Part shown: in pieces, positions 39,324 to 48,247 of the stretch
Layout of the letters: every line of letters starts with the position of its first letter
Numbering within the stretch: the first letter of the stretch is position 1
Source: an uncultured Chthoniobacteraceae bacterium
GTDB taxonomy: Bacteria > Verrucomicrobiota > Verrucomicrobiia > Chthoniobacterales > CAKUMP01
Direction: 5' to 3'
Assembly (NCBI GenBank): GCA_965365475.1
Contig: CBDUBV010000003.1
Coordinates: 1-60,938 of the forward strand
Length of the DNA: 60,938 nt
The notes under the pieces: generated by a model
Database searches by the model: none
Told to the model about the DNA's origin: nothing
Seen by the model: only the letters and a program-made list of their open reading frames with translations
Made by a program: the position numbers and the translations under genes

Positions 39324-40754
39324 ATGATTAGCCACAACCGGCAGCCGCTTACCAAAGCCACAAAACTTGCTTATGGAGCAGGTGAATTCGGCCCCGCCAT
39401 GGCCGGTAACCTGGTCATCTTTTACCTTCTCTATTTCCTCACCAGCGTCGCGGGTATCCCCGCCGCAATGGCCGCTGTCATCCCGCTCGTGGGCAAGGTC
39501 TGGGATGCCATAAACGATCCACTCATCGGCTGGCTCAGCGATCACACCAAGAGCAAATGGGGCCGACGCCTGCCATGGTTGCTTTACTCCGTGGTCCCGT
39601 GCGCCATCGTTTTCATTATGCATTGGTGGGTGCCGGGCAGCGGTAAAAATTCTACGCCAGATGTGTGGATGCTGTTCTGGTACTACGTGGCCGTCACCCT
39701 GGTCTATAACGCGGTCTCGTCCGCGATCACAGTGCCCCACACGGCTATGATGCCCGAGCTGACGGAAGACTACGAGGAACGCACGAATCTTGTGAGCTAC
39801 CGGTCTGCGTTTTCCATCCTGGGCAGCATCGGTTTCAATGTGATGGCGGTGCTGGTGTTCCTTTTAGTAAAAGATTCCCGTTACCACTATCTCACGATGG
39901 GCGGCGTGTGTGCCCTGGTGCTGGTGGGCTCGGTGATCTGGTGCGTGGCCGGTGTGCGCCGCCGTGTGCTCGAGCGCGAAGCCGTGCTCATGGCCCGCAC
40001 AGCGGGCGCGAGACGCATGCCGATGTCGGAGCAGTTGCGCATCATTTTTACCAATCGTCCGTTCCTCTGCGTGTGCGCCATCTACCTGTGCAGTTGGCTC
40101 GCGGTGCAGGTCACTGCCAACATCATGATTTACTACGTGGTCAACATCATGCGCATGCCGGAATCGGCGTTTGCGGTGATTGCGCTGACGGTCATGGGCA
40201 CGGCGTTTATCGTGCTACCAGGTTGGGTGTGGCTCAGCCATCGGATCGGCAAGAAACAGGTTTATTTTCTGGGGATGTTCATCTGGATCGGGGCGCAGGT
40301 CGGGTTGCTCACGTTGCAGGCTGGGCAGGACACGCTGCTCTACGTGCTCTCGGTGCTGGCCGGGTTCGGCGTGTCGGTGGCGTATCTGATTCCCTGGTCG
40401 ATGCTGCCCGACGTCATCGAATACGATGAATTGATGACCGGCCAGCGGCGCGAAGGAGTGTACTACGGGTTCATGGTGTTGTTGCAAAAACTGGGGCTCG
40501 CACTGGCTGTCGCGCTGGTGGGCAAAGCTCTGGGCGCAGCAGGTTTCGTCTCGCAAGTGCAAGGCCAGCCCGTGCCCGAACAGCCCGAGAGTGCGCTCGC
40601 AGCCATCCGGTTTGCCATGGGGCCATTGCCTGGAACTGCGCTGGTGCTCGGCTTGATCTTTGCCTGGATGTACCCGATCACGAAAGAACGCTATGCAGAC
40701 ATCGTCCGCCAATTGAAAGAACGAAACGCTTCGCGCGATGCGGCGGGCGGGTAA
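39324..40754 (+). CDS. GPH-family (MFS-fold) sugar:cation symporter
   Basis: TKLAYGAGEFGPAMAGN ... VWDAINDPLIGWLSDHTKSKWGRRLPW is the GPH signature, with about 12 TM segments. The track ORF from 38535 is an artefactual upstream extension, antisense to the GT gene. Confidence 0.8.
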   Translation: MISHNRQPLTKATKLAYGAGEFGPAMAGNLVIFYLLYFLTSVAGIPAAMAAVIPLVGKVWDAINDPLIGWLSDHTKSKWGRRLPWLLYSVVPCAIVFIMHWWVPGSGKNSTPDVWMLFWYYVAVTLVYNAVSSAITVPHTAMMPELTEDYEERTNLVSYRSAFSILGSIGFNVMAVLVFLLVKDSRYHYLTMGGVCALVLVGSVIWCVAGVRRRVLEREAVLMARTAGARRMPMSEQLRIIFTNRPFLCVCAIYLCSWLAVQVTANIMIYYVVNIMRMPESAFAVIALTVMGTAFIVLPGWVWLSHRIGKKQVYFLGMFIWIGAQVGLLTLQAGQDTLLYVLSVLAGFGVSVAYLIPWSMLPDVIEYDELMTGQRREGVYYGFMVLLQKLGLALAVALVGKALGAAGFVSQVQGQPVPEQPESALAAIRFAMGPLPGTALVLGLIFAWMYPITKERYADIVRQLKERNASRDAAGG

Positions 40755-40826
40755 TAGGGGATACCTGACGCGTGTGTTCCATCGACGGCATTGACCTGGT
40801 CATGAACATGGTCTAGTTACTTCGAC

Positions 40827-41089
40827 ATGGTCATGGTAAATATCAACGAGGCGAAGACGCATCTCTCGCATTACGCGAAGCGTGTCAAAGCCGGGGAAAC
40901 AATCATACTATGTGACCGGAATGTCCCTTTCGCCGAACTGCGTCCGATCTCCGCACCAAAAGGAGTGCCCGGCGCAAACTTGGTCAACTCAAAGGACAGT
41001 GTCCGGTTGGCAAAGAGTTCTTTGCTAGTGATAAAGAAATCGCGAAAGGATTCACGAACCCGCTCATCTCTGCCCGCTCCCGACCGTGA
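40827..41089 (+). pseudogene. Phd/YefM-type antitoxin, interrupted by an apparent 1-nt deletion
   Basis: Frame A reads MVMVNINEAKTHLSHYAKRVKAGETIILCDRNVPFAELRPISAPK. The expected C-terminus (RSARRKLGQLKGQCPVGKEFFASDKEIAKGFTNPLISARSRP*) lies in the -1 frame and ends in a TGA that overlaps the vapC GTG (GTGA, 41086-41089). The locus is 263 nt (3n-1). The break is near the A4 run at 40958-40961. Confidence 0.6.
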
Positions 41090-41472
41090 ACATCCTGCTC
41101 GATACGTGCACCTTCCTGTGGATGATTGACGACGTCTCCATGCTCGGGCCTGAGATACGCCCGCTGCTGGAGGATGCTTCCACGCGGGTCATCCTGCACC
41201 AAGCTTCATGTTGGGAAATCCAAATCAAGTTCGATCTCGGAAAACTGCCTTTGAAACGCCCTCCACGCGAGATCGTCACTGACGGTCTTCGTGCGCATGC
41301 AGTGGAGTATCATCCATTTCAGGATGCAGACATCTGGCATCTGGGGAAAATGCCTCAACTCCATAGCGATCCGTTCGATCGCATTTTGATTTCACACGCC
41401 CTATGTGAGGGTCTGAGATTGGCCACGCCAGACCCCGCGATTCATAAATATCCCGTGGCAACAATCTGGTAG
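41086..41472 (+). CDS. vapC: PIN-domain toxin (VapC family)
   Basis: ILLDTCTFLW (first acidic residue) ... SCWEIQIK ... HSDPFDRILISHA, which is the PIN pattern. Confidence 0.8.
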   Translation: MNILLDTCTFLWMIDDVSMLGPEIRPLLEDASTRVILHQASCWEIQIKFDLGKLPLKRPPREIVTDGLRAHAVEYHPFQDADIWHLGKMPQLHSDPFDRILISHALCEGLRLATPDPAIHKYPVATIW

Positions 41473-41525
41473 CTGCCAAACGCATGGACGGCCCCGTTGC
41501 GGAATAATTTGCGGCAGTGTTTAAA

Positions 41526-41916
41526 TCAGCCGCACAGGGAAGAGCGTTTTACGCATGACGCCTCAAGCCATAGCGCGAACTCACGGGCATCGATCCCACT
41601 TGCCGCGAGAGCAACGGTTTGCAGCACAGCTTCTTCTTCGGGGGCGATCAACTGCCAGCCGTTGGCAGCTAAAAATGTGTATGCCACCATGAATCCGGCA
41701 CGTTTATTCCCGTCCAGGAATGGATGGTTTTTCACGACTCCCTCAGCATAGGCGGCTGCCAACTCAAACACATCTGGCTTGCCATAATGATAAAGTTGCC
41801 GTGGCCGAGTCAAGCAGCCCACCATCGCGCATTCCGTTGATTCCTCCAAAGCCCGCGATAAGATGCTCATGGATCGCGTGAGCCAGATCAATTGTGATCC
41901 AGATTGGTTCCCTCAT
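41526..41916 (-). pseudogene. doc: Doc (death-on-curing, Fic-fold) toxin, interrupted by an apparent 1-nt insertion
   Basis: The C-terminal part in the track ORF carries the Fic/Doc motif HPFLDGNKRAGF. The conserved N-terminus (MREPIWITIDLAHAIHEHLIAGFGGINGMRDGGLLDSA...) is in another frame, starting at ATG 41916, which overlaps the antitoxin stop (ATGA). That frame stops at 41764. The locus is 391 nt (3n+1). The frame switch is near 41800-41815. Confidence 0.65.
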
Positions 41917-42143
41917 TTGGCAAGCTCGCGCAAAGCATTGCGGTAGCGATTCATGCCATCCTCTGCCAGTTCCATCATCTCGTTAAATCCCGGACCTTCA
42001 GCCGTGATTGCGAGCGAGGAGTTGGGTGCCTCAGTCAGGTATAGAGTGGTCCCTTCTTCTACACGCAACGCTTGCAAAGCCTCTTTGGGCAAAACAATTC
42101 CAAGCGAATTTCCAATACGGCGTACTTTGGTCTGGATAGGCAT
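41913..42143 (-). CDS. AbrB/MazE/SpoVT-family antitoxin (partner of Doc)
   Basis: MPIQTKVRRIGNSLGIVLPKEALQAL is the swapped-hairpin beta-barrel motif. Start trimmed to ATG 42143. Confidence 0.7.
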   Translation of the reverse strand: MPIQTKVRRIGNSLGIVLPKEALQALRVEEGTTLYLTEAPNSSLAITAEGPGFNEMMELAEDGMNRYRNALRELAK

Positions 42144-42407
42144 GGAATAACATTCGATGTCACGCAAAGAGATGTCAAAGGGCATCTTCCAGTGCTGGTC
42201 GGATGCTGGAAAACCCTTCCGGCTGCACGGCTCCGCGTTGAATTGAAATCCGCAATGATCACAATGGTGTTTGCCCGATGATGCGACGTGCTCGAAAACT
42301 GCGCGGGGTTGGCTGTCGGTCTTTGGACACGCCTTGGAGCCCGCAGAGCCACGCTAAAAATTTTTCAGCAAGACGCGGGGGCGGAGTCAGGCTATAGATG
42401 GGCTTGT

Positions 42408-42770
42408 ATGTTCCAGATCGTTTTCAATGAAATCAGCGCGGCGGAAATGTCTGCTTTGTCTGTGCCGCTGCAACTGGAGTTGCTCGAAGAGTTTCAGGTC
42501 GATCCGGAGGAACTTAGAGAAAACGGTGCTGGGGGAAAATTCGGAATCATCGAACGAGACGGGCGCACGTTCTATCGCTATCGGGCCAATGATTACCGCA
42601 TCTACTTCGAACTGACGGAGGAAGGCATCTGTGTCCATCGCGTGTTGCATAAAAACACCATCCGCGATTTTCTTTTCCGAGCCGGACTGCCTATGGCGGA
42701 GGAAGAACAGGACGCGGCGGGCTTCTGGGAATTGATAGACGAAGGTGCACGTGCGCGTCGCAAACCATGA
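42408..42770 (+). CDS. RelE/ParE-superfamily-like protein with acidic C-terminal tail
   Basis: FYRYRANDYRIYFELTEEGICVHRVLHKN resembles the RelE/ParE core (R-x-x-DYRI-x-Y ... V-x-x-V-x-H). Start trimmed to ATG 42408. Confidence 0.5.
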   Translation: MFQIVFNEISAAEMSALSVPLQLELLEEFQVDPEELRENGAGGKFGIIERDGRTFYRYRANDYRIYFELTEEGICVHRVLHKNTIRDFLFRAGLPMAEEEQDAAGFWELIDEGARARRKP

Positions 42771-43021
42771 AACGCTCCTGGCTCATCGGCATCATTGTGC
42801 TGGCCGTGCTCATTCACATCGGAGTGTTTCTGGCTTTCGCCAATGTGAAACCTTTGCCCAAAAAACGCCATGTGCCGCCGCCAAATTTCAGCGCGGCGGA
42901 AGCGTCGTATGTGGACCCCACTAGCGGTGAACGCATGGTGGTAAGGGAATATAAAGTCAGCACAAAACTCGCCACACCGCCCGAACCGCCTACCACCCAT
43001 GATCCAACAACTGCTCGCTAA
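42767..43021 (+). CDS. Small single-pass membrane protein with Pro-rich tail
   Basis: TM helix WLIGIIVLAVLIHIGVFLAF. ATGA overlap with the preceding stop. Overlaps the next gene by 23 nt. Confidence 0.4.
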   Translation: MKRSWLIGIIVLAVLIHIGVFLAFANVKPLPKKRHVPPPNFSAAEASYVDPTSGERMVVREYKVSTKLATPPEPPTTHDPTTAR

Positions 43022-44153
43022 TGAGTCCTTCCGCAACCAGCAATTCCCGGTCACGCAACACTCCGTCTTTTTCGGACACGCGGGCGTCACGGTGCTGCCC
43101 CGCTGCGTGGCCGACGCCGTGGTCAGCTACACCGAGGCAAGCTGCGAACAGCATCAGGAATTCGGCGATGTGCTCGTGCGAATCCAAACCGCTCGCAGAG
43201 ATTGTGCAGAGCTGATCGGCGCATCAGCCGACGAGATTGCATTGCTCGGCCCGACTTCTCTGGGGCTGAGTTTATTTGCCAATGGTCTCGACTGGCAGGA
43301 GGGCGATGAAGTGGTCTGCCACGCGGACGATTACCCGGCCAATGTCTATCCTTGGATGCATCTGCAACGGCGCGGTGTGGTATTGAAAATGTTGCGCCCG
43401 GAAGTGCCTGGCGACATCACCCCGGACTTGGTCGCGCAGCAGCTCACGCCCCGGACCAAGCTGGTCGCGCTGGCTTCGTGCCATTATCTAAGCGGCACGC
43501 GCATCGACATCGATGCGATCGGAAAGTTGGTTCACGAGCGAGGCGCGTTGTTTGCTCTCGACGCGATCCAGACGCTCGGGGCCTTCCCCACACGCGTGGA
43601 GCAGGTGGATTTCCTCAGTGCCGATGCCCATAAATGGCTGCTGGGACCGCTCACTGCGGGCATCGTGATGGTAAAGCGTGAGCACTTCGCCCGGCTCGAA
43701 CCCACGCTGATCGGCGCGTGGAATGTGCACTCGCCAGACTTTATCGCGCAGGACGAAGTGAAATTCTTCGACACCGCAAGACGCTACGAGCCCGGTGTCT
43801 TGAACGCTTCGGGCATCTTCGGCATGCATGCTGCGGTGAAGATGCTCAGCACGATTGGCATTGAGGCCGTGGCTGCCCGTATATTGGAACTTAAAAGCTA
43901 TCTTGTCGCCACGCTGCGTGCGATGGACTGCGAGTTCCTGGGCGTGACCGACGGGCCGTTGGCGAGCGGAATCACTACGTTCACCCATCCCAGACACTCC
44001 GCTGCTGCGATGGCGAAAGCACTTGCGGCTGCGGACATCGTTGTCTCGCATCGGCACGATCGGCAGGGGCGCGATTACATCCGTCTAAGCCCGCATTTTT
44101 ATAATACCGAAGAGGAAGTCGATGCGCTGATCGAAGTGATCACGCAGATGTGA
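42999..44153 (+). CDS. Class V aminotransferase / cysteine-desulfurase-like PLP enzyme
   Basis: FGHAGVTVLP ... FLSADAHKWLLGP (PLP lysine) ... IRLSPHFYNTEEEVD. Confidence 0.8.
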   Translation: MIQQLLANESFRNQQFPVTQHSVFFGHAGVTVLPRCVADAVVSYTEASCEQHQEFGDVLVRIQTARRDCAELIGASADEIALLGPTSLGLSLFANGLDWQEGDEVVCHADDYPANVYPWMHLQRRGVVLKMLRPEVPGDITPDLVAQQLTPRTKLVALASCHYLSGTRIDIDAIGKLVHERGALFALDAIQTLGAFPTRVEQVDFLSADAHKWLLGPLTAGIVMVKREHFARLEPTLIGAWNVHSPDFIAQDEVKFFDTARRYEPGVLNASGIFGMHAAVKMLSTIGIEAVAARILELKSYLVATLRAMDCEFLGVTDGPLASGITTFTHPRHSAAAMAKALAAADIVVSHRHDRQGRDYIRLSPHFYNTEEEVDALIEVITQM

Positions 44154-44159
44154 TGCTGG

Positions 44160-46100
44160 TCACCGCGAGAGTTTGGTCTTGAGTTCCTCGCTCAGGTTGG
44201 AGGTGGCGAGCCAGGACGTGGCTGCCTGACGATCGCTCCGCTTCCAGTTCTGCAATGTCTGTTCCACTGCGCGATCCCGCTTGTTCTCATCTTGTATGCT
44301 CATGCTCCACAGCACGGCAGCTTCCGGATCGCTGCGCACCAGTTGCCGCGAGAATTGTCCCACCGCATCATCCTTGAGTTCTCCCGCAGGCAGACGCTCC
44401 AGCCACAGCGAAGCCGAATAGCTGTCCGACCTGCTCCAGGTGTTCAAAAGACTATTCACCGCAGTCTGTTGGGCAGGACCACTGGGCAGAGACAATGCCC
44501 ACCGGGCTGCTGCTGCCGGATCGTAGTTGGCCCAGTTCGAGCTGATCATTCCCATCGCATTATTCCGTTGATTGATTTCCGTGATGCTCGCGGCCAGGTT
44601 GGCTGCTGCTGCCGGATCGTATGTGGCCAGATTCGACACGATGCCGCTCAGCGCATGCGCACGTTCCTTCTCGTCTTTGAGCGAACTCGCCCAACGCCGG
44701 GCTTCGTCGATGTTCACCTCGGCCCATTGATTGGTGAGGGTGTTGATCAAGTTCGCCCGGTTGTCGCCCTCAGGCATCGAGAGGATCACGGCAGCAGTGC
44801 GCGCCGGATTCTGCATGCCCGACTGGTGGATGATCTGACGCATAAGATCTTCCTTAAGCTCGGCGGAATCCAATCGAGCGACCCAGGCCATGGACTTGTC
44901 GAAATCCAGATCGGCCCAGGCATTGACCACGTTCATCAGCTCGCCGGAGCGGATTTCGCCTTCACTGTTTTCATATATGTAACGCGCTGCGGCTTCCGGA
45001 TCGGTCTGGCCCCAAGTGGATGTGATTGTTTGCATGGCGCGTTGGCGTGCTGAGCCCGGTGGCAACTTCTCCGCCCATGCCAGTGCGGCAGTCATGTCCG
45101 CTTGCGCCCAATACATGGCAGCTTCCCCGATGGCCTGGTCGCGCCCCTGGCTCGGCGGCAGTGCCATGGCATACTCCGCGCCTGCCATGGGGTCCGTCTG
45201 GGCAAGGGCTCGTGCGATGCCTTGCAACGCCGCATCCCGTTCTCTGCCAGGTTGCAAAGTCGCTGCCCATGCCTGCGCGGCATCCAGGTCCTGAACGGCC
45301 CAGACATTGATTAAAGATTGGACCGCACTTTGCCGCACACGTCCTGGCGGCAACGTCATGGCGCCGACCGCAGCCGCTTGCGGGTCCTTCGTTCCCCATC
45401 GATTCATGAGCGCACTCACGCCTCCACCCCACATGCCCCAATGTCGCGCAGACCCCTCTGTTTTGCTATACATCGCAAGCGCGGCCTGCGGATCGTTTTC
45501 GATGAGGGCATAGGCCATCACGCTTTTGGCTTGACGCTTGAATTGACTTTCCGGTTGCTCATCGAGCCATCGCGACGCAGCGTCCCAATCCGCTTGCGCC
45601 CAACCGCCCAGGACCGACTGCATGGCACTTTGGCTCTCGTTGTGTTTTTTGATCGATTGCGCATGGCGCATGGCTGCGAGCGGGTCCTGTTCCGCCCAGG
45701 CATTCAGGAGTTCATTCACAAGAAATGGGCGCTCTTGCAAGGTAGTCATGGTGTCCAGAGCGGCAAGGGCGGTGGGTATTTGGTCCAATGGACATTGCTC
45801 TATAAAAGCAGTGAGTTGGCGGTACCTCCGGCGTGGAGTGCTCCCGGACAGGATGTTGTCGATCGCCTGCTTGAGCGCGGTGGCGGAGCCGAAAGACGAG
45901 GGTCCCGTTCCAGCAATCATCGTGCGCGTTCCAGCCGTGGACGTCGTGGGAAGCGTGCCATCGGGAACTGCGGAAGAGCGCCAGAAGTTTGTGGAGGAGG
46001 CTTTCGAAGTAGATTCCGCGTCTGACTCAGGAGTGAAAGCGCGCCCCAGTAGAAATCCTGCAAGGACACACACTGCCCCGACAACGAGTAGGAGTTTCAT
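44160..46100 (-). CDS. Membrane-anchored tandem-repeat (HEAT/ARM-like) protein
   Basis: Signal anchor MKLLLVVGAVCVLAGFLLG. It is followed by about 12-13 repeats of roughly 36 aa with the pattern W(A/G)xxDPxAAxxWxxxLPxGxxRxxAxxxI. Start trimmed to ATG 46100. Confidence 0.6.
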   Translation of the reverse strand: MKLLLVVGAVCVLAGFLLGRAFTPESDAESTSKASSTNFWRSSAVPDGTLPTTSTAGTRTMIAGTGPSSFGSATALKQAIDNILSGSTPRRRYRQLTAFIEQCPLDQIPTALAALDTMTTLQERPFLVNELLNAWAEQDPLAAMRHAQSIKKHNESQSAMQSVLGGWAQADWDAASRWLDEQPESQFKRQAKSVMAYALIENDPQAALAMYSKTEGSARHWGMWGGGVSALMNRWGTKDPQAAAVGAMTLPPGRVRQSAVQSLINVWAVQDLDAAQAWAATLQPGRERDAALQGIARALAQTDPMAGAEYAMALPPSQGRDQAIGEAAMYWAQADMTAALAWAEKLPPGSARQRAMQTITSTWGQTDPEAAARYIYENSEGEIRSGELMNVVNAWADLDFDKSMAWVARLDSAELKEDLMRQIIHQSGMQNPARTAAVILSMPEGDNRANLINTLTNQWAEVNIDEARRWASSLKDEKERAHALSGIVSNLATYDPAAAANLAASITEINQRNNAMGMISSNWANYDPAAAARWALSLPSGPAQQTAVNSLLNTWSRSDSYSASLWLERLPAGELKDDAVGQFSRQLVRSDPEAAVLWSMSIQDENKRDRAVEQTLQNWKRSDRQAATSWLATSNLSEELKTKLSR

Positions 46101-46201
46101 AGCAGCCGCAGAGCATGTCGGAAAAACATACGCCCGACAACTCGATTTAGGAAACATCCTTGATCGTCTGCGAGACGTTACTTAGTTTGCAACATCCCGC
46201 C

Positions 46202-47293
46202 ATGGTAGCTCTTCTCAATTCCCAATCTCTCGAAGACAAAATCCTCGAAGGCGCACGCATCACGCCCGAAGAAGCTCTGGAGCTTTACACATTGCCACTG
46301 GAAGAACTCGGCGCGCTGGCCGATGCGCGGCGCAAACTCGCCCGAGCCGACGCATGGAACGGTCGCGGCAACGAGATCGTGACCTACATCATAGACCGCA
46401 ACATCAACTACACGAATGTCTGCAACGTCTATTGCAAATTCTGCGCGTTCTATCGCACGGAAAAAGATGACGACCACTACGTGCTCTCGCGCGAAGAGCT
46501 GGACGCCAAGCTCGACGAACTCAGCGCCAACGATGGCGTGCAGGTGCTTCTGCAAGGCGGGCACCACCCGAAGTTAACCATCAATTTCTATCTGGAAATG
46601 CTCGAGCACATGCGGTCGAAATATCCGCATATCAACATCCACGGATTCAGCCCGCCGGAGTTCAATCATTTCGCTGAAGTTTTTAATATGCCGCTGCGAG
46701 AGGTCATCTCGCGATTCCAGCAAGCCGGGCTGGGCTCGATCCCGGGCGGCGGTGGAGAAATCCTTGTGGACCGCGTGCGCAACCGCATCGCGCCGCTCAA
46801 GTGCAATAGCGATCAATGGTTGAAAGTCATGGAGATAGCGCACGAGCTGGGGCTCAATTCCAGTGCCACCATGATGTTTGGCCATGTGGAGACCGTGCAA
46901 GATCGCGTGCAGCATCTCGAACGTCTGCGCGTGCAGCAGGACGCGACCGGCGGGTTCACCGCATTCATCTGCTGGACTTACCAGCCGGAGAATAACGTGC
47001 TGCGCGCGGAGCCAGTGGGCTCAGCGGAATATCTCCGCATGCAGGCGCTGTCGCGCATTTATCTGGATAATTTTCCCAACGTCCAAAGCTCGTGGGTCAC
47101 GCAAGGCCCACGCATCGGACAAGTCGCGCTCGCTTTTGGCGCAAATGATTTCGGCTCGGTCATGATGGAGGAGAACGTGGTCACCCCTGCCGGCGCATCG
47201 TTCCGTTTGCAAAAAGAAGAAATCGAATCCCTCATCCGCGATTCCGGGTACGAGCCACGTCGGCGCAATAATTGGTATCAACTGCTGGATTGA
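46202..47293 (+). CDS. Futalosine-pathway radical-SAM enzyme (MqnC/MqnE family)
   Basis: IIDRNINYTNVCNVYCKFCAFYR (CxxxCxxC). I cannot separate MqnC from MqnE by eye. Confidence 0.8.
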   Translation: MVALLNSQSLEDKILEGARITPEEALELYTLPLEELGALADARRKLARADAWNGRGNEIVTYIIDRNINYTNVCNVYCKFCAFYRTEKDDDHYVLSREELDAKLDELSANDGVQVLLQGGHHPKLTINFYLEMLEHMRSKYPHINIHGFSPPEFNHFAEVFNMPLREVISRFQQAGLGSIPGGGGEILVDRVRNRIAPLKCNSDQWLKVMEIAHELGLNSSATMMFGHVETVQDRVQHLERLRVQQDATGGFTAFICWTYQPENNVLRAEPVGSAEYLRMQALSRIYLDNFPNVQSSWVTQGPRIGQVALAFGANDFGSVMMEENVVTPAGASFRLQKEEIESLIRDSGYEPRRRNNWYQLLD

Positions 47294-47327
47294 TTTTTAT
47301 CCGGTCGCACTGTTCACTCCCACGCTT

Positions 47328-48245
47328 ATGTCTGTCCTCGTCGCTGGTTCCATCGCACTCGATTCCGTTAAGACACCTCTCGCTTCGCATGAAGATTTGC
47401 TTGGAGGGTCGGCATCGTATGCAGCAGTGGCTGCGGCGTTCTTCAGTCCCGTGCAAATGGTGGGCATCGTGGGTGAAGATTTCCCGAAACAACACATCGA
47501 GCTGTTTCGCAGCAAAGGCATCGATCTCGAAGGTTTGCAAGTGGTCGCGGGCAAGACATTCCGTTGGTCGGGTGAATACCACTGGGACCTCAACACCCGC
47601 GACACCCTCAGCACAGAGCTGAATGTATTTGAGCATTTCACGCCCACGCTGCCTGAGTCGTATCGCGATGCCAGTTTTGTGCTGCTCGCCAACATCGCGC
47701 CCGACCTGCAGAATCACGTGCTCGATCAGGTCAAAAAGCCGCGTTTTATCATCGCCGACACCATGGACCTCTGGATCAATATCGCGAAGCCAGAGCTCCT
47801 GCGGCTGCTTGGCAGAGTCGATCTTCTCATACTCAACGACAGCGAAGCGCGGCATCTCACCACCGAGACCAGCCTCATCAAAGCCGCTGCCGTGATCCGC
47901 GGCATGGGGCCGCGCTATCTGGTGATCAAGAAAGGCGAGCACGGTGCATTGCTTTTCGGTGATGAATCTTTCTTCAGTTGTGGGGCATATCCGCTGGAGG
48001 ACATTCACGATCCCACGGGTGCGGGCGATACGTTTGCCGGTGGACTCGCGGGCTATCTGGCCAGCACAAGTCCGGGGGAAGTGACATTTGAAAAACTTCG
48101 CAAAGCAGTGGTGTTCGGCAGTGTGCTGGCGAGCTTCAACGTGGAGAGCTTCAGCATGGACCGGCTGCAGCGGCTCACGCACGAGGGCATCCAGGCACGC
48201 TATTCCATGTTCAAAGCGATGAGCGAGTTCGAGGTGTTGCCGTAG
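47328..48245 (+). CDS. PfkB-family carbohydrate kinase
   Basis: SVLVAGSIALD ... LGGSASY ... DPTGAGDTFAGG (PfkB signature 2). Confidence 0.8.
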   Translation: MSVLVAGSIALDSVKTPLASHEDLLGGSASYAAVAAAFFSPVQMVGIVGEDFPKQHIELFRSKGIDLEGLQVVAGKTFRWSGEYHWDLNTRDTLSTELNVFEHFTPTLPESYRDASFVLLANIAPDLQNHVLDQVKKPRFIIADTMDLWINIAKPELLRLLGRVDLLILNDSEARHLTTETSLIKAAAVIRGMGPRYLVIKKGEHGALLFGDESFFSCGAYPLEDIHDPTGAGDTFAGGLAGYLASTSPGEVTFEKLRKAVVFGSVLASFNVESFSMDRLQRLTHEGIQARYSMFKAMSEFEVLP

Positions 48246-48247
48246 TC

